Of a stretch of 64,000 nucleotides of DNA, positions 1 through 11,815 are shown piece by piece. Where the stretch lies: positions 3,424,001 through 3,488,000 of the forward strand of contig OZ241744.1 in NCBI GenBank assembly GCA_965200965.1, written 5' to 3'. The notes below the pieces were generated by a model that saw only the letters and a list, made by a program, of their open reading frames with translations, was not told where the DNA came from and ran no database searches. Positions within the stretch are counted from its first letter, which is position 1; each line of letters opens with the position of its first letter. The translations under genes and the position numbers were made by a program. Origin of the DNA: an uncultured Candidatus Binatia bacterium. GTDB taxonomy: Bacteria; Desulfobacterota; Binatia; Bin18.

Positions 1-432
1 CGGATCGATGGCTTTGGTGGCCTTGCCTCGGTCATGCCGGTGTATACCGGGGTTGTGGCCCTGGCCTTCTTTGCCGCGATGGGTTTACCCGGACTGTCGG
101 CCTTTATTTCTGAGGTCCTGGTACTGCTTGGGGCGTGGCAGAAGTATAAGATCCCCACTATCCTGGGCGCGGTAACCGTCATTTTTACCGCCGCCTATCT
201 GCTCTGGACGATCCAACAGATGTTCCTTGGTCAGCCTAGGGATGACTATGAAGAGATACATCTGAGCGAGATCTCGAAGCGCGAACTCAGTACCCTGGTC
301 CCGCTGGGGGCGATTGTGATTATCCTTGGGGTCTACCCACACGCCGTCCTGGATTTGATGGATGCATCGCTCCAGCATTTGAACAGTCTTATTGAGGCGG
401 CGGTCTCAGGCAGCGCGGTTGCGCTTCGTTAG
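1..432 (+). CDS. nuoM: NADH-quinone oxidoreductase subunit M (5' truncated by window edge)
   Basis: Frame open from base 1 (RIDGFGGLASVMP...); motifs AMGLPGLSAFISE and YLLWTIQQMFLG; directly upstream of nuoN. Confidence 0.93.
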   Translation, partial: RIDGFGGLASVMPVYTGVVALAFFAAMGLPGLSAFISEVLVLLGAWQKYKIPTILGAVTVIFTAAYLLWTIQQMFLGQPRDDYEEIHLSEISKRELSTLVPLGAIVIILGVYPHAVLDLMDASLQHLNSLIEAAVSGSAVALR

Positions 433-461
433 GAGCGCACAGGCCCAAGACCGCGGAGCGT

Positions 462-1976
462 ATGATGAATCTTGGAAGTGTTGAGAGCCTTCCGTATTTC
501 TATCCCGAAGGGATTCTCGTCCTGGCTATTCTTGTCATCTTCGTTGCCGACCTGTTTGTTGAAGAAAAGGAACGGCTGGGGAATATCGCCCTGATTGGTG
601 TGACCCTGGCCCTCGTCTTTACCTCTGGACTGTCCGTGTTTGGGTTCCGCTTGATTGCCGGACTCCCCGGGGCTGGCGAAGGCTGGCTGTTTCACCGCAT
701 GGTAGCGCTCGACAATTTTGCAATTTTCTTCAAAGTGATCCTGTCGCTGTCTGCCGTGGGAGCGATATGGATGTCTTTGAGCTCACGAGAGATCGAGGAC
801 TCGGATCAAGGCGAGTATTACGCCATCCTGTTGGCCAGCACCTTGGGCATGTTTTTCATGGCCTCGGCGACAAATTTGCTGATTGCCTATGTGGCGCTCG
901 AGTTTGTCAGCCTCACCTCGTACATCCTGACCGGCTATCTGCGGCATAACCGTCGCTCTGGCGAAGCTGCGCTGAAATATCTGATCTACGGGGGGGTAGC
1001 TTCGGGCACAATGATCTATGGCATGAGCTGGATTTTCGGTCTGGCCGGCAGCCTGGATTATGCCGAGATTAATGCCGCTCTGTTTCAGAGCAACCCCGAT
1101 CAGCTGACGGTTTTCATTGCGCTCGTCCTCATTCTGGCCGGTTTTGGCTACAAAATTGCTGCTGTGCCTTTCCATATGTGGGCCCCCGATGTCTATCACG
1201 GAGCGCCCATTCCGGTCACCGCCTTTCTGGCGGTTGGCTCAAAGGCCGGCGGATTCGCGTTGCTGATGCGTTTCTTCTATCCCGCCCTCTCCCAGCTGAA
1301 CGAAGATGGAGCCTGGCAGTTCCTGCCTGGAGTGGAATGGCCGCAGTTTATGCTGGTGATCGCCATGATTACCATGACGCTGGGCAATTTAGCCGCGCTT
1401 AATCAGGGGAATGTGAAACGCCTCCTGGCCTACTCCAGCATCGCCCACGCGGGCTATATCCTGATGGGATTTGTGGTCTTGAGCAACGACGGTTTGCGGG
1501 CGATGCTGTTCTACCTGATTGTCTACTATCTGATGACCTTGGGCTCTTTTGTCGTTGTTCTTGTCGTCGCCAATACGACCGGGCGTGAGGACCTTGACGG
1601 ATTCCGGGGCTTGGCGTGGCGTGGGGGGACGCTGCCGGCCATTGCGATGGGCATCTTCCTGTTCTCGTTGACAGGTCTACCCCCGCTGGGCGGATTCATT
1701 GGCAAGTTTTACTTGTTTGCCGCGGTCGTCAAAGAAGAGTTTTACTATCTTGCCGTCGTTGGTATCCTCAATAGTGTTGTCTCTCTGTACTACTACGCCC
1801 GTATTGTGAGGACGATGTTCCTTGACGATCCGGTTGGGACAGAGGGCGAGGTGAGGCTCGACCTGCATAACGGCTCAATCTTGGCCCTCCTAAGTGTCGC
1901 CACGGTCGTTGTAGGCGTCTACTGGGCTCCGGTTTTTGATTTTGCCGACCGCTCAACCCGTTTCTTTCTTGGCTAG
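462..1976 (+). CDS. nuoN: NADH-quinone oxidoreductase subunit N
   Basis: EAALKYLIYG, FGYKIAAVPFHMWAPDVYHGAP, KRLLAYSSIAHAGY, GLPPLGGFIGKF. Confidence 0.96.
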   Translation: MMNLGSVESLPYFYPEGILVLAILVIFVADLFVEEKERLGNIALIGVTLALVFTSGLSVFGFRLIAGLPGAGEGWLFHRMVALDNFAIFFKVILSLSAVGAIWMSLSSREIEDSDQGEYYAILLASTLGMFFMASATNLLIAYVALEFVSLTSYILTGYLRHNRRSGEAALKYLIYGGVASGTMIYGMSWIFGLAGSLDYAEINAALFQSNPDQLTVFIALVLILAGFGYKIAAVPFHMWAPDVYHGAPIPVTAFLAVGSKAGGFALLMRFFYPALSQLNEDGAWQFLPGVEWPQFMLVIAMITMTLGNLAALNQGNVKRLLAYSSIAHAGYILMGFVVLSNDGLRAMLFYLIVYYLMTLGSFVVVLVVANTTGREDLDGFRGLAWRGGTLPAIAMGIFLFSLTGLPPLGGFIGKFYLFAAVVKEEFYYLAVVGILNSVVSLYYYARIVRTMFLDDPVGTEGEVRLDLHNGSILALLSVATVVVGVYWAPVFDFADRSTRFFLG

Positions 1977-2007
1977 CGGGGGAGATGAGCCAGGGCCAGA
2001 CTGGGAC

Positions 2008-2036
2008 TTGCCTGCGGTGTCGGACGCAGGTATGAT
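2008..2036 (+). promoter_or_regulatory. sigma70-type promoter of tRNA cluster
   Basis: TTGCCT-17 nt-TATGAT, 15 nt upstream of tRNA-Pro. Confidence 0.65.
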
Positions 2037-2051
2037 GGCCCTTCCTCTGGT

Positions 2052-2125
2052 CGGGGCGTAGCGCAGCCTGGTAGCGCACCTGCCTTGGGAGCAGGGGGTC
2101 GGCCGTTCAAATCGGCTCGCCCCGA
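2052..2125 (+). tRNA. tRNA-Pro(TGG)
   Basis: Acceptor CGGGGCG/CGCCCCG; anticodon arm CCTGC-CTTGGGA-GCAGG; GTTCAAATC; no encoded CCA. Confidence 0.96.
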
Positions 2126-2173
2126 TGGAAAGAATGTCAGGGATGAGGGTCCTCAGACTCTCGGCTGGTGAGG

Positions 2174-2247
<74 letters not shown>

Positions 2248-2250
2248 TAT

Positions 2251-2324
2251 GGTGGGTGTAGCTCAGTTGGTAGAGCACTTGGTTGTGGCCCAAGTGGTCG
2301 AGGGTTCAAGTCCCTTCACTCACC
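2251..2324 (+). tRNA. tRNA-His(GTG)
   Basis: G-1 plus GTGGGTG/CACTCAC, C discriminator; CTTGG-TTGTGGC-CCAAG. Confidence 0.96.
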
Positions 2325-2398
2325 CTTTTGGTAAGAGTCTGTTCCGCAGGCCGGACGCATGGTGGAGTTTTGCCTGGGATGAAACAGGCTCTTCCTCT

Positions 2399-2471
<73 letters not shown>

Positions 2472-2514
2472 TCTTTTGACCCGCATTGCCTGGAGAGGGA
2501 TTGGGGCGTATTCT

Positions 2515-2598
2515 GCGAGAGTGGCGAAACTGGTAGACGCGCTAGACTTAGGATCTAGTCCGCTTGTGCGGATGGGGGTTCAAGTCCCCCCTCTCGCA
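2515..2598 (+). tRNA. tRNA-Leu(TAG)
   Basis: GCGAGAG/CTCTCGC; CTAGA-CTTAGGA-TCTAG; long variable arm. Confidence 0.96.
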
Positions 2599-2637
2599 CT
2601 GCCCTGAGCCCGGCCTGCTCTCCACAGTGGTTCCAGT

Positions 2638-3969
2638 ATGAAAGTTTCTATTGATTCCGTTGATGCTGTTCAGAAAAAACTCGCTTTTGAGATTCCCGCC
2701 GAGCGGGTAAACCAAGAGCTTGAAAAGGCATATCGGACAGTCCAGCAGCAGGCTCGGCTGAAGGGATTTCGACCCGGAAAGGTCCCCCGGCCTGTTCTCA
2801 ATCGGTATTTTGGGGAGCAGATTGCTCAGGAAGTGAGTTCCTTGCTGGTGCAGGAGTCTTACCCCCGTGCCGTGGAAGAGCACGCCCTGCATGTCGTGAC
2901 ACAGCCCCAGATTGTGACAGAGAAACTCACCCCCGGTCAGCCGTTTTGCTATTCGGCAACGGTCGAAGTGCGGCCACAGGTGAATATTGCGGACTATGCC
3001 GGGATTGCGGTCGAAAAACCGCGGGAAACGGTGACCGAGGAAGAGGTTGAGGCGTCGCTGCAACGCCTCGCCGAAGCGATGGTCCAACTCGCTCCGGTTA
3101 CTGACCGGGACCGTGTTGAGGCTGGCGATGTGGTGACGCTCGATTATGTTGGGCTGCGGGGGGGGCGTCCGGTGCCGGGGTTTGAGGCCAAAGGCCGCCT
3201 CGTTGAGATGGGACGTGAGAGCGTACTGCCTGGCTTTCAGGATAACCTTCTTGGCGCACAACGGGGGAGGGTGCTCCAGTTCCCGGTGTCTCCGCCGCAG
3301 CCTGAGGGACAGGCGGGACAGACTGAGCCAGCCCCAGAAAGTGCCCAACCCATGCTCTTTCGGACTACCATCCACGACATCGCGCGCAAAGAAATCCCGG
3401 TCCTGGATGACGATTTTGCCAAAGACCACGGCGAGTGCGACACTCTGGAAGAACTCAGAAACAAAATTCGGGACAATCTGCGTCGGGCCGCGGACCGTCG
3501 GGCAGAAAATCAGCTCCACGAGGCGCTCCTGGCCGGGGTGTATGAAAAGAATCCGTTTGAGGTACCGCCCGGTTTAGTGCGTGAACAGCTCCGTCAGCTC
3601 TTTGTTGAGGCCGGTATTCAAAGACCCGAGGAAGACGTGTCGGTCGGGGAGGGCCGCTTGACAGACGAACTGCGTGACCAGTTCACGGTCCGGGCTCGAC
3701 AAAACGTTCGGGCCGTATTTATCGTTGATGCCCTGGTTGAGCAGCTGTCCTTGTCTGTGTCTGAAGAAAGCCTGGGTCAGAAGATTGAGGAACTGTTTTC
3801 TGCCAACCCGGAGCAAAAACAGCAGCTTGAGAATTTCTATGCCAAGGCTGAGAATCGGCAGACTCTGGAGCGTCAGTTGTTACGGGAGAGAGCGATCCAG
3901 GCTGTCGTTGCCAAGGCTGAGATAAAGCCAGTAGACAAGGCCGTTGCTGGTCTGCTGGAAAAAGACTAG
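2638..3969 (+). CDS. tig: trigger factor
   Basis: GFRPGKVP ribosome-binding motif; tRNA-Leu-tig-clpP-clpX-lon synteny. Confidence 0.95.
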   Translation: MKVSIDSVDAVQKKLAFEIPAERVNQELEKAYRTVQQQARLKGFRPGKVPRPVLNRYFGEQIAQEVSSLLVQESYPRAVEEHALHVVTQPQIVTEKLTPGQPFCYSATVEVRPQVNIADYAGIAVEKPRETVTEEEVEASLQRLAEAMVQLAPVTDRDRVEAGDVVTLDYVGLRGGRPVPGFEAKGRLVEMGRESVLPGFQDNLLGAQRGRVLQFPVSPPQPEGQAGQTEPAPESAQPMLFRTTIHDIARKEIPVLDDDFAKDHGECDTLEELRNKIRDNLRRAADRRAENQLHEALLAGVYEKNPFEVPPGLVREQLRQLFVEAGIQRPEEDVSVGEGRLTDELRDQFTVRARQNVRAVFIVDALVEQLSLSVSEESLGQKIEELFSANPEQKQQLENFYAKAENRQTLERQLLRERAIQAVVAKAEIKPVDKAVAGLLEKD

Positions 3970-3986
3970 GGGGGATGGATCTCGCC

Positions 3987-4571
3987 ATGAACCTGATTCC
4001 CATCGTTGTAGAACAAACTGGCCGCGGGGAACGGGCGTACGATATCTTCTCGCGTCTGCTCAAAGACCGCATCGTCTTTCTCGGCACCGCTGTCACGGAT
4101 GAGGTCGCTAACCTCATCTCCGCAGAATTGCTCTTTCTCGAATCTGAGGACCCTGATGAGGATATCCGCTTCTACATCAATTCCCCCGGTGGTTCGGTCA
4201 CTGCTGGTCTTGCTATCTACGATACAATGCAGTACATCGGGCCGGATGTCTCGACTCTGTGCTTGGGCCAGGCGGCCAGTATGGCCGCCTGGTTGCTGGC
4301 GGCGGGCGCAAAGGGCAAGCGCTCTGTCCTGCCGCACGCCCGGGTCATGATTCATCAGCCCCTGGGTGGCGTCCAAGGGCAGGCCGTTGACATTGATATT
4401 CAGGCCCGCGAGATGCTACGGATACGGGAGCAGATGAATGAAATTCTGGTCAAGCACACCGGACAATCGCTCAAGAAGATTGAGCGTGACACTGACCGGG
4501 ACTTCTTTTTCGAGAGCAAACAAGCCGTGGACTACGGGCTGGTTGATGATGTGGTGGTAAACCGGAAATGA
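3987..4571 (+). CDS. clpP: ATP-dependent Clp protease proteolytic subunit
   Basis: [37 protein letters not shown]; alternative ATG at 3975. Confidence 0.97.
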   Translation: MNLIPIVVEQTGRGERAYDIFSRLLKDRIVFLGTAVTDEVANLISAELLFLESEDPDEDIRFYINSPGGSVTAGLAIYDTMQYIGPDVSTLCLGQAASMAAWLLAAGAKGKRSVLPHARVMIHQPLGGVQGQAVDIDIQAREMLRIREQMNEILVKHTGQSLKKIERDTDRDFFFESKQAVDYGLVDDVVVNRK

Positions 4572-4591
4572 CAGAACGGTGAGGAGCGGAT

Positions 4592-5842
4592 ATGGCCAGA
4601 CAGAGTGACGATCGCCCAGGAAACTTAGTGTGCTCCTTTTGTGGCAAAAGCCAGGACGAGGTGCGAAAACTCATCGCTGGCCCCACCGTCTATATCTGCG
4701 ACGAATGTATCGATCTGTGCAACGATATCATCGCCGAGGAGTGTGATCAGGAAGAATCCTTTACAGCAACCTCCGCTGTTCCCAAGCCGTCCGAAATTAA
4801 ACGCGTCCTCGATCAGTATGTGATTGGCCAGGAGCGGGCCAAGAAGATCCTGTCTGTGGCCGTCCACAACCACTATAAGCGGGTTGACTCGCAAATGGTG
4901 GCCAACGACATTGAGCTGCAAAAGTCGAATATTCTGTTGATTGGCCCCACCGGCTCTGGCAAGACACTTCTGGCCCAAACCTTAGCCCGTTTCTTGCAGG
5001 TGCCGTTCACCCTCGGGGATGCGACCAGCCTGACTGAGGCGGGCTATGTGGGCGAAGATGTTGAGAATATTATTCTGAGCCTGCTCCAGAATGCCGACTA
5101 CGATGTGGAGAAATGTCAAAAAGGCATTGTCTACATTGATGAAATAGACAAGGTTGCCCGCAAGGGGGACAATCCCTCCATCACTCGTGATGTGTCAGGG
5201 GAAGGCGTCCAACAGGCGCTGCTCAAAATCATTGAGGGAACGGTCGCCAGTGTCCCACCAAAAGGGGGTAGAAAGCACCCCCAACAAGAGTTTGTCCAGG
5301 TCGATACGACGAATATCCTCTTTATCTGCGGCGGAGCCTTTGTCGGACTTGACGATGTGATCCGCAGCAGGACCGGGGGGAAAAACATGGGCTTCGGGGC
5401 CGATGTCAAGGCCAGTTCAACTCGGAGCGGGAGTGCCCTGCTTACCGAGGTCCAGCCGGAAGATTTGCTGAAATTCGGCATGATTCCGGAATTTGTGGGT
5501 CGCCTGCCCGTCCTGGCAACGCTTGAGGAGTTGGACGACCAAGCCCTCGTGCGCATCTTGAAAGAGCCAAAAAATGCCCTCGTGCGGCAATATCAAAAGC
5601 TATTTGATCTGGAGAATGTCCACCTCCGGTTTGAGGAAAAAGCGCTTGAAGCCATTGCCAAAGAAGCCCTGACACGGAAATCCGGGGCCCGAGGTCTGCG
5701 GGCGATTATGGAAAACATCATGCTTGACGTGATGTACGATATTCCTTCTCAGCCAAACATCCGAGAGGTTGTTATTTCTGAAGAAGTGGTTACACACAAT
5801 GAACAGCCTCGTATTGAGCGCAATCTCAAAGCCACCGCATAA
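4592..5842 (+). CDS. clpX: Clp protease ATP-binding subunit ClpX
   Basis: CSFCGK zinc finger, [14 protein letters not shown]. Confidence 0.98.
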   Translation: MARQSDDRPGNLVCSFCGKSQDEVRKLIAGPTVYICDECIDLCNDIIAEECDQEESFTATSAVPKPSEIKRVLDQYVIGQERAKKILSVAVHNHYKRVDSQMVANDIELQKSNILLIGPTGSGKTLLAQTLARFLQVPFTLGDATSLTEAGYVGEDVENIILSLLQNADYDVEKCQKGIVYIDEIDKVARKGDNPSITRDVSGEGVQQALLKIIEGTVASVPPKGGRKHPQQEFVQVDTTNILFICGGAFVGLDDVIRSRTGGKNMGFGADVKASSTRSGSALLTEVQPEDLLKFGMIPEFVGRLPVLATLEELDDQALVRILKEPKNALVRQYQKLFDLENVHLRFEEKALEAIAKEALTRKSGARGLRAIMENIMLDVMYDIPSQPNIREVVISEEVVTHNEQPRIERNLKATA

Positions 5843-5934
5843 GGCCCGGTCATGGTCTGGCTGGCCGGGGGGGCGAGGATCGTCCCGCACTGGGGCGGTG
5901 TGAGAAAAAGGACCATCGCGACACAGGAGGGAAC

Positions 5935-8340
5935 ATGCGACTTCCGCTTTTACCCCTGAGGGATATTATCGTTTTTCCGCATATGGTCGTTCCGCTTTTT
6001 GTCGGAAGGCAACGCTCTATCAAGGCCCTTGAGGATGCAGTTGCCGGCGATAAGCTGATTTTTCTGTCCACTCAACGCGACGCTAAGGTCAACGATCCAA
6101 CTCCCCAGGATATCTATCAGGTCGGGACCATGGGAACGGTGGTCCAGCTGTTACGCCTGCCAGACGGAACGGTCAAAGTCCTTGTTGAAGGCAAACAGCG
6201 GGGACAGATCGTTCAACATGTTGATCATCCGGACTTCTTCGCCGTTGATGAAGTGGAGGAGATTCCAGAGACGAATAATCGCCCGGCGGAGTTGGACTCG
6301 CTGGTGAAGAGTGTGAACTCGACATTCGAGAACTATGTCCGGCTCAACAAAAAGATTCCGCCCGAAATGATCATGACCGTGGCGGCGATCAATGACCCCT
6401 CCCGTCTGGCGGACACAATCATTGCCCACCTCGGCATCAAGCTTGAGGATAAGCAGACGCTGCTGGAGACGATTGACCCAGCCGATCGCCTCGAAAAAGT
6501 GCTGGGCTACATGCGCTCTGAGATTGAGATTCTCGAGGTTGAGCGTCGTATTCGCAATCGGGTCAAAAAGCAGATGGAAAAGACCCAGAAGGAATACTAT
6601 CTCAACGAGCAGATGCGGGCGATCCAAAAAGAACTCGGCGAGAAGGACGAGTTCAAAAACGAACTCCAGGAGCTTGAAGAGAAGATTCGCCAGAAAAAGA
6701 TGTCGGCCGAGGCACGGGACAAAATCGAAAAAGAGCTCAAGAAGCTCAAGATGATGTCTCCGATGTCAGCCGAGGCAACGGTTGTCCGCAACTATATTGA
6801 CTGGCTCTTGTCTCTGCCGTGGTACGAATACACCGAGGACAAGCTTGACATTCAAGAAGCCGAGAAGATTCTTGAAGAAGACCACTACGGTCTGGAAAAG
6901 GTCAAAGAACGGATCCTCGAATATCTGGCCGTTCAGAGTCTGGTCGGCCAGATCAAAGGCCCCATCCTGTGTTTTGTGGGTCCTCCCGGAGTTGGGAAAA
7001 CCTCATTGGGCAAGTCGATTGCGCGAGCGACCGATCGGAAGTTTGTCCGCGTCTCGCTCGGCGGAGTCCGCGATGAAGCCGAGATCCGTGGACATCGCCG
7101 GACATATATCGGGGCGATGCCGGGCAAAATTATTCAGGGTATGAAAAAGGCCGGCTCTGGTAATCCTGTCTTTCTGCTGGACGAAATTGATAAGATGTCA
7201 ACCGATTTTCGGGGTGATCCGTCTGCAGCCTTGATGGAAGTACTTGACCCCGAACAGAACGCCGGCTTCAACGATCACTACCTTGATGTGGATTATGATC
7301 TGTCCCAGATCCTCTTTATCTGCACGGCCAACAATCTCGAACGCATTCCCCGTCCTTTACAGGATCGTATGGAAATCATTCGTCTTCCGGGCTACACGGA
7401 ATACGAAAAGCTGCATATTGCCAAACGCTATCTGGTGAAGAAGCAGCGCGACGCCAACGGGCTGACCGAGAAGAATATCGATCTGCCGGACAGCGTGTTG
7501 TCCTCGGTCATACGGTCGTACACCAAAGAGTCGGGGGTCAGAAGTCTTGAGCGCGAAATCGGTACACTGTGCCGCAAGGTTGCGGTTGAGGTGGTCAAGA
7601 AAGACCGGGAGACGCATATTCGGCTGAATACCAAAAACTTGCAGAAATACCTCGGCCCACTGAAGTTCCGCGTGAGCAAAGCGGAGCAGGAAGACAAAGT
7701 GGGAGTGGTGACTGGCCTGGCCTGGACCGATGTTGGCGGCGAGTTGTTGGCGACCGAGGTGACGGTCCTGCCGGGCAAGGGCAAACTCACCATTACGGGG
7801 AAGATTGGGGATGTTATGCAGGAGTCTGCCCAGGCCGCGATGAGCTATGTACGCTCACGCTCAGCCGAGCTTGATCTGGATAAAGATTTCTACCAGAACA
7901 TTGATATCCACCTGCATATTCCTGAGGGCGCAATTCCAAAAGATGGCCCGTCAGCCGGTGTGACGATGGCCACCTCAATTGTGTCCGCCCTGGCAAAGAT
8001 CCCGGTCCGCCACGATGTTGCCATGACTGGAGAGATTACCCTGCGTGGACGGGTCTTACCCATAGGCGGTCTGAAAGAGAAGATTCTGGCCGCCCATCGA
8101 GGCGGGCTTAAGCGGGTCATTATCCCGGCAGAAAATGAAAAAGATCTCCAGGATGTGCCGGCTCCAATTCTGAAAGCGGTTCAGGTTGAAATGGCTGAGC
8201 ACGTTGATGAAGTGCTGCGCAAAGCGCTCGCCCTGAGCGAGCCTGAGCAGTTTCTTATTGCCGGAACCTCGGCCGTTGACCAATCCCTGTATCCGCCAGA
8301 ACCCGATGTCCCACATCCTTCGGAGGTGGTGACTCATTAG
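5935..8340 (+). CDS. lon: Lon endopeptidase
   Basis: [32 protein letters not shown]; SD GGAGG. Confidence 0.98.
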   Translation: MRLPLLPLRDIIVFPHMVVPLFVGRQRSIKALEDAVAGDKLIFLSTQRDAKVNDPTPQDIYQVGTMGTVVQLLRLPDGTVKVLVEGKQRGQIVQHVDHPDFFAVDEVEEIPETNNRPAELDSLVKSVNSTFENYVRLNKKIPPEMIMTVAAINDPSRLADTIIAHLGIKLEDKQTLLETIDPADRLEKVLGYMRSEIEILEVERRIRNRVKKQMEKTQKEYYLNEQMRAIQKELGEKDEFKNELQELEEKIRQKKMSAEARDKIEKELKKLKMMSPMSAEATVVRNYIDWLLSLPWYEYTEDKLDIQEAEKILEEDHYGLEKVKERILEYLAVQSLVGQIKGPILCFVGPPGVGKTSLGKSIARATDRKFVRVSLGGVRDEAEIRGHRRTYIGAMPGKIIQGMKKAGSGNPVFLLDEIDKMSTDFRGDPSAALMEVLDPEQNAGFNDHYLDVDYDLSQILFICTANNLERIPRPLQDRMEIIRLPGYTEYEKLHIAKRYLVKKQRDANGLTEKNIDLPDSVLSSVIRSYTKESGVRSLEREIGTLCRKVAVEVVKKDRETHIRLNTKNLQKYLGPLKFRVSKAEQEDKVGVVTGLAWTDVGGELLATEVTVLPGKGKLTITGKIGDVMQESAQAAMSYVRSRSAELDLDKDFYQNIDIHLHIPEGAIPKDGPSAGVTMATSIVSALAKIPVRHDVAMTGEITLRGRVLPIGGLKEKILAAHRGGLKRVIIPAENEKDLQDVPAPILKAVQVEMAEHVDEVLRKALALSEPEQFLIAGTSAVDQSLYPPEPDVPHPSEVVTH

Positions 8341-8371
8341 GCGGGCAGTCGGATCGCAAGGGCTTTGGGGA

Positions 8372-8400
8372 TTGACACGATGGTGTGGCAGTGGTACTGC
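8372..8400 (+). promoter_or_regulatory. possible sigma70 promoter for tRNA-Val/Asp-rplM-rpsI
   Basis: TTGACA-17 nt-TACTGC with extended TG; -10 element imperfect. Confidence 0.5.
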
Positions 8401-8461
8401 TCTCCCCTCCCGGAGAGGAGAGCCTTCGCTCCGCCACACCCGTCCCTCAAGACTCGCTCAA

Positions 8462-8533
8462 GGGCGGTTAGCTCAGTGGAAGAGCATCGGCCTTACAAGC
8501 CGAGGGCCATCCGTTCAAACCGGATACCGCCCA
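8462..8533 (+). tRNA. tRNA-Val(TAC)
   Basis: GGGCGGT/ACCGCCC; TCGGC-CTTACAA-GCCGA. Confidence 0.94.
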
Positions 8534-8537
8534 GGGT

Positions 8538-8614
8538 GGGGTCGTAGTTCAGCTGGTTAGAACGCCGGCCTGTCACGCCGGAGGTCGCGAGTTCGAGTCT
8601 CGTCGGCCCCGCCA
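8538..8614 (+). tRNA. tRNA-Asp(GTC)
   Basis: GGGGTCG/CGGCCCC; CCGGC-CTGTCAC-GCCGG; encoded CCA. Confidence 0.97.
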
Positions 8615-8658
8615 CCTCATCTCCACTGTTTATTTACAAAGGACGCCAGGGTGCAAGC

Positions 8659-9099
8659 ATGAAGAAAGAGACCTCCACACGTCCACGAAGAGCCGCTCTG
8701 GCCGCCCGCCGCTGGTATCTTGTTGATGCTGAGGGGCAGAGGGTCGGCCGTCTGGCCAGCGCGATTGTCCAAGTCCTGCGCGGAAAAAACAATCCCGCTT
8801 TTTCTCCCCATATTGATAACGGAGACTTTGTCATTGTCATCAATACCGACCAAGTTCGCTTTTCCGGGAATAAGTGGCAGCAGAAAGTCTATTATCGCCA
8901 TACCGGGTATCCCGGAGGAATCCGCCAAATCTCGGCCGAAGAAATGTTAGCAAAACATCCTGAAGCCATTGTGAAAAAGGCGATTATTGGTATGCTGCCC
9001 AAAAATGCGCACGGCCGAGCGCTCGCCACAAAACTGAAAATTTATGCGGGACCTGATCATCCTCACGCCGCCCAGCAACCAATGCCGTTGGCCGTTTGA
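8659..9099 (+). CDS. rplM: 50S ribosomal protein L13
   Basis: [26 protein letters not shown]. Confidence 0.97.
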   Translation: MKKETSTRPRRAALAARRWYLVDAEGQRVGRLASAIVQVLRGKNNPAFSPHIDNGDFVIVINTDQVRFSGNKWQQKVYYRHTGYPGGIRQISAEEMLAKHPEAIVKKAIIGMLPKNAHGRALATKLKIYAGPDHPHAAQQPMPLAV

Positions 9100-9113
9100 G
9101 GAGAAGCGAAGAC

Positions 9114-9512
9114 ATGGCTGAGCAAAGGACCGAATATTGGGGAACCGGGAAACGCAAGACCGCGGTTGCCCGCGTCCGCCTTTCTCCTGGAGAGGGTAAG
9201 TACACGATTAACCGCCGTGATCTGAATACATATTTTGGGCGGGAAACCGTTCGCATGATTGTGCAGCAACCCCTGACCCTGATTCAGGGGCAGGACAAAT
9301 ACGACATTATCGCCAATGTCAAAGGTGGGGGCAATTCTGCCCAAGCCGCGGCCATTCGGCATGGGATCACCCGCGCCTTGCTGGAGATGAACCCCGATCT
9401 GCGCCCGACTTTGAAGAAGGCCAAGTTCACTACCCGGGATTCCCGCCAAGTCGAACGGAAAAAATACGGAAGACACAAGGCTCGGAAACGGCCGCAATAC
9501 TCCAAACGGTAA
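9114..9512 (+). CDS. rpsI: 30S ribosomal protein S9
   Basis: [12 protein letters not shown] ... RKRPQYSKR. Confidence 0.98.
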   Translation: MAEQRTEYWGTGKRKTAVARVRLSPGEGKYTINRRDLNTYFGRETVRMIVQQPLTLIQGQDKYDIIANVKGGGNSAQAAAIRHGITRALLEMNPDLRPTLKKAKFTTRDSRQVERKKYGRHKARKRPQYSKR

Positions 9513-9521
9513 AACAGCCTG

Positions 9522-10700
9522 CTAATCAACGCCTAACAGGAGGAAGACTCCATACAGTCCGGCCAATCCATTGGCCAGCCAAGCCGCGAGTTGAGGCGGT
9601 ATTGCGCCGCTGTGCCCGAGAGAGACACTGAGCGCCAAAACGATCCAGTAGCCGAACCCTGTTATGAGGGCCAAGCCCAAGACCGTCGGCAGAGTGTGCT
9701 GTCTGGAACTGGGAATGGTCAGGGCAATGCCAATGAATGTCATCACCAGTGCCGCAAACGGCACGGCGCTTTTGAGGTGTAAATCAACCAGGTACTCGCT
9801 CGTATCAAGTCCTTTTCGCTGGAGGCCGCGAATATACCTGCGGAGTTGCTCTGAAGAGAACTCCTCGGCTTTCATGTCGATCAGTGAAAAGTCTTCTGGT
9901 GTTTCCTGGAACTGGAGATTCAGCCCCTGGAGTTGGGCGTGCTCCTCACCGGTCAACGATGTTTCCTGAACTGCGGTGAGTTGCCACTTGTCTTCCTTCC
10001 ACTCTGCCCTGGCGATTTCGACCAGGGAGCGTACGCGAAAGCGCTGGTCAAGCGTATACATGGTCAGCCCTGAGATAATTTTTTTCTGCGAATCAAAATG
10101 TTCAATATGGTAAAAGGCACCGTCCCCGCGGTACCAGAAGCCATGTTCGTGAAAGAGCCCTTTGAACGGCCGTTGTTTAATTTCAACCGTGTTAATGTAA
10201 CGGGAATGGTGAAAGGCGGCCGGGACGACCCACTCGTTCCAGGCTCTGACGGCCAAGCTCAAAAGACCAGCCGTCAGGAGGAGCGGGAGCGTCATTTGCC
10301 ACGGACTCATGCCACACGCTTTGAGCGCGATCAGCTCACGGTTTTTTGACAGCAAACCGCAGCCAATGAGAGCCCCGGCCAGGGCTGCGGCTGGGGCAGC
10401 CTGGGTCACGAAGAGGGGAATTTTGAACACAAGATAGCGGACAGTTGCTGACACCGAAGCGCCGTACCTGATGAAGTTATCGAGCCGATCAAAAAAATCG
10501 ACCAGCAAGGACAGGCCAAGCAATAAGACCAGGGTGAACAGGAAAAAGCGTAGATACTCAATGCACAGGTAGAAGCTCACAAGACGTGTCAGCCCGAAAT
10601 GGCCAAGGAGTGGGGAGAAGCCGGCCCAAGCGTTTACGGGCGGGCTATCGGCAGCCAGGCTTCTGGTTTTGGGACGGAGCTTCGTTTCCATATCGGACAT
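9522..10700 (-). CDS. lptG: LPS export ABC transporter permease LptG (start uncertain)
   Basis: LptF/G (YjgP/Q) pattern: ELIALKACGMSP, AAWLANG; paired with lptF. Confidence 0.85.
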   Translation of the reverse strand: MSDMETKLRPKTRSLAADSPPVNAWAGFSPLLGHFGLTRLVSFYLCIEYLRFFLFTLVLLLGLSLLVDFFDRLDNFIRYGASVSATVRYLVFKIPLFVTQAAPAAALAGALIGCGLLSKNRELIALKACGMSPWQMTLPLLLTAGLLSLAVRAWNEWVVPAAFHHSRYINTVEIKQRPFKGLFHEHGFWYRGDGAFYHIEHFDSQKKIISGLTMYTLDQRFRVRSLVEIARAEWKEDKWQLTAVQETSLTGEEHAQLQGLNLQFQETPEDFSLIDMKAEEFSSEQLRRYIRGLQRKGLDTSEYLVDLHLKSAVPFAALVMTFIGIALTIPSSRQHTLPTVLGLALITGFGYWIVLALSVSLGHSGAIPPQLAAWLANGLAGLYGVFLLLGVD

Positions 10701-11815
10701 TTGAAAAGGGGCTTTTCCTGCCGGGCGCGCTCAAAGAGGTAGAGGCCGACAATCCCCAGTATGATGTTCGGCAGCCACAGGGCGATGCCCGGTGGAAGGA
10801 CTGCCTTTTTGCCGAGCGCTTCCCCCACGGTGAGCAGCAGATAGTAGGTAAACAAGACCGCCATTGTCAAGGCACAGCCGTGCGAGTGTTGCGCTCCTCT
10901 GATCTGGAGGCTCAGGGGAAGTGCGAGAAAGCTGAAGACCACGCAGGCAAACGGCACGGACAGGCGACGGTGCAGTTCTATCAGGGCGTCATGTTTCTGC
11001 TTTGTGTGGGCTTCGCTTTGGGCGATCGTATTGAGCAGCTGTCCGAACAACATTTCTTTTGGCTTCCACACCGGCTCTTTCACATTGGCCAGGATCGCGC
11101 TGACATTCAGGCTCACATCATAGACAGAAAAATGGGTGGTATGATAGACACGGCCGGGCTGTTCAAAGCTGTGGAGTGAGCCATCCATCAAACGGAATGT
11201 CAGGGTTTCCCGATCCTCTGCGGTCAGAATGGTCCCGCGTTCGGCAAAGATCGTATGCTGGCTCTGGGCGTACCGATTGTCGGCAATCATGATGCCTTCC
11301 AGGTGCGTGCCTGGTGGCCGAACTTCTTCCGCATAAATGACGAGTCCAGCAAAGTCAGTGTTAAACGTTTTCTCTTTCAAGCCAGCCGAGGCGTGGGTTG
11401 TCGCAATCATATGCAGTGCCCGTTTGAGGGCGGCGTTACTCCAGGGGCGGACATAGAGGGTGAGGATAGATGTGATACACAGCAGGACGGCCGCGAATAT
11501 CCAGACGGGAATCACGATCTGAAACAGACTGATCCCACAACTCTTGAGCGCGATCAATTCCCGGTCCGCGGACAGCCGTCCAAGCCCCCATAACAGGGCT
11601 AATAAGAAGGCCATCGGAACGGTGATCTCAAAAAAGGCGGGTAAAATATAGGCGAAAGTTTCGAGCAGTTGGGAAACCGGAACCCCCCGATTTACAACCA
11701 GGTCAACGAGTTTGAGGCTACGAAGGATAAACAGCAGAATGGTAAAAATCAGCAGGCCGATGAGAAATGGGGGCACGACCTCACGAGAGACATAACGAAA
11801 GAGGATGCGGCCCAT
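10634..11815 (-). CDS. lptF: LPS export ABC transporter permease LptF
   Basis: ILFRYVSRE, GRLSADRELIALKSCGISL, ELHRRLSVPFAC, WLPNI. Confidence 0.9.
   Translation of the reverse strand: MGRILFRYVSREVVPPFLIGLLIFTILLFILRSLKLVDLVVNRGVPVSQLLETFAYILPAFFEITVPMAFLLALLWGLGRLSADRELIALKSCGISLFQIVIPVWIFAAVLLCITSILTLYVRPWSNAALKRALHMIATTHASAGLKEKTFNTDFAGLVIYAEEVRPPGTHLEGIMIADNRYAQSQHTIFAERGTILTAEDRETLTFRLMDGSLHSFEQPGRVYHTTHFSVYDVSLNVSAILANVKEPVWKPKEMLFGQLLNTIAQSEAHTKQKHDALIELHRRLSVPFACVVFSFLALPLSLQIRGAQHSHGCALTMAVLFTYYLLLTVGEALGKKAVLPPGIALWLPNIILGIVGLYLFERARQEKPLFKCPIWKRSSVPKPEAWLPIARP

Noticed and set aside
5845-5890. GC-rich hairpins after clpX as a terminator
   Set aside because: No U-tract; imperfect stems are expected at this GC content
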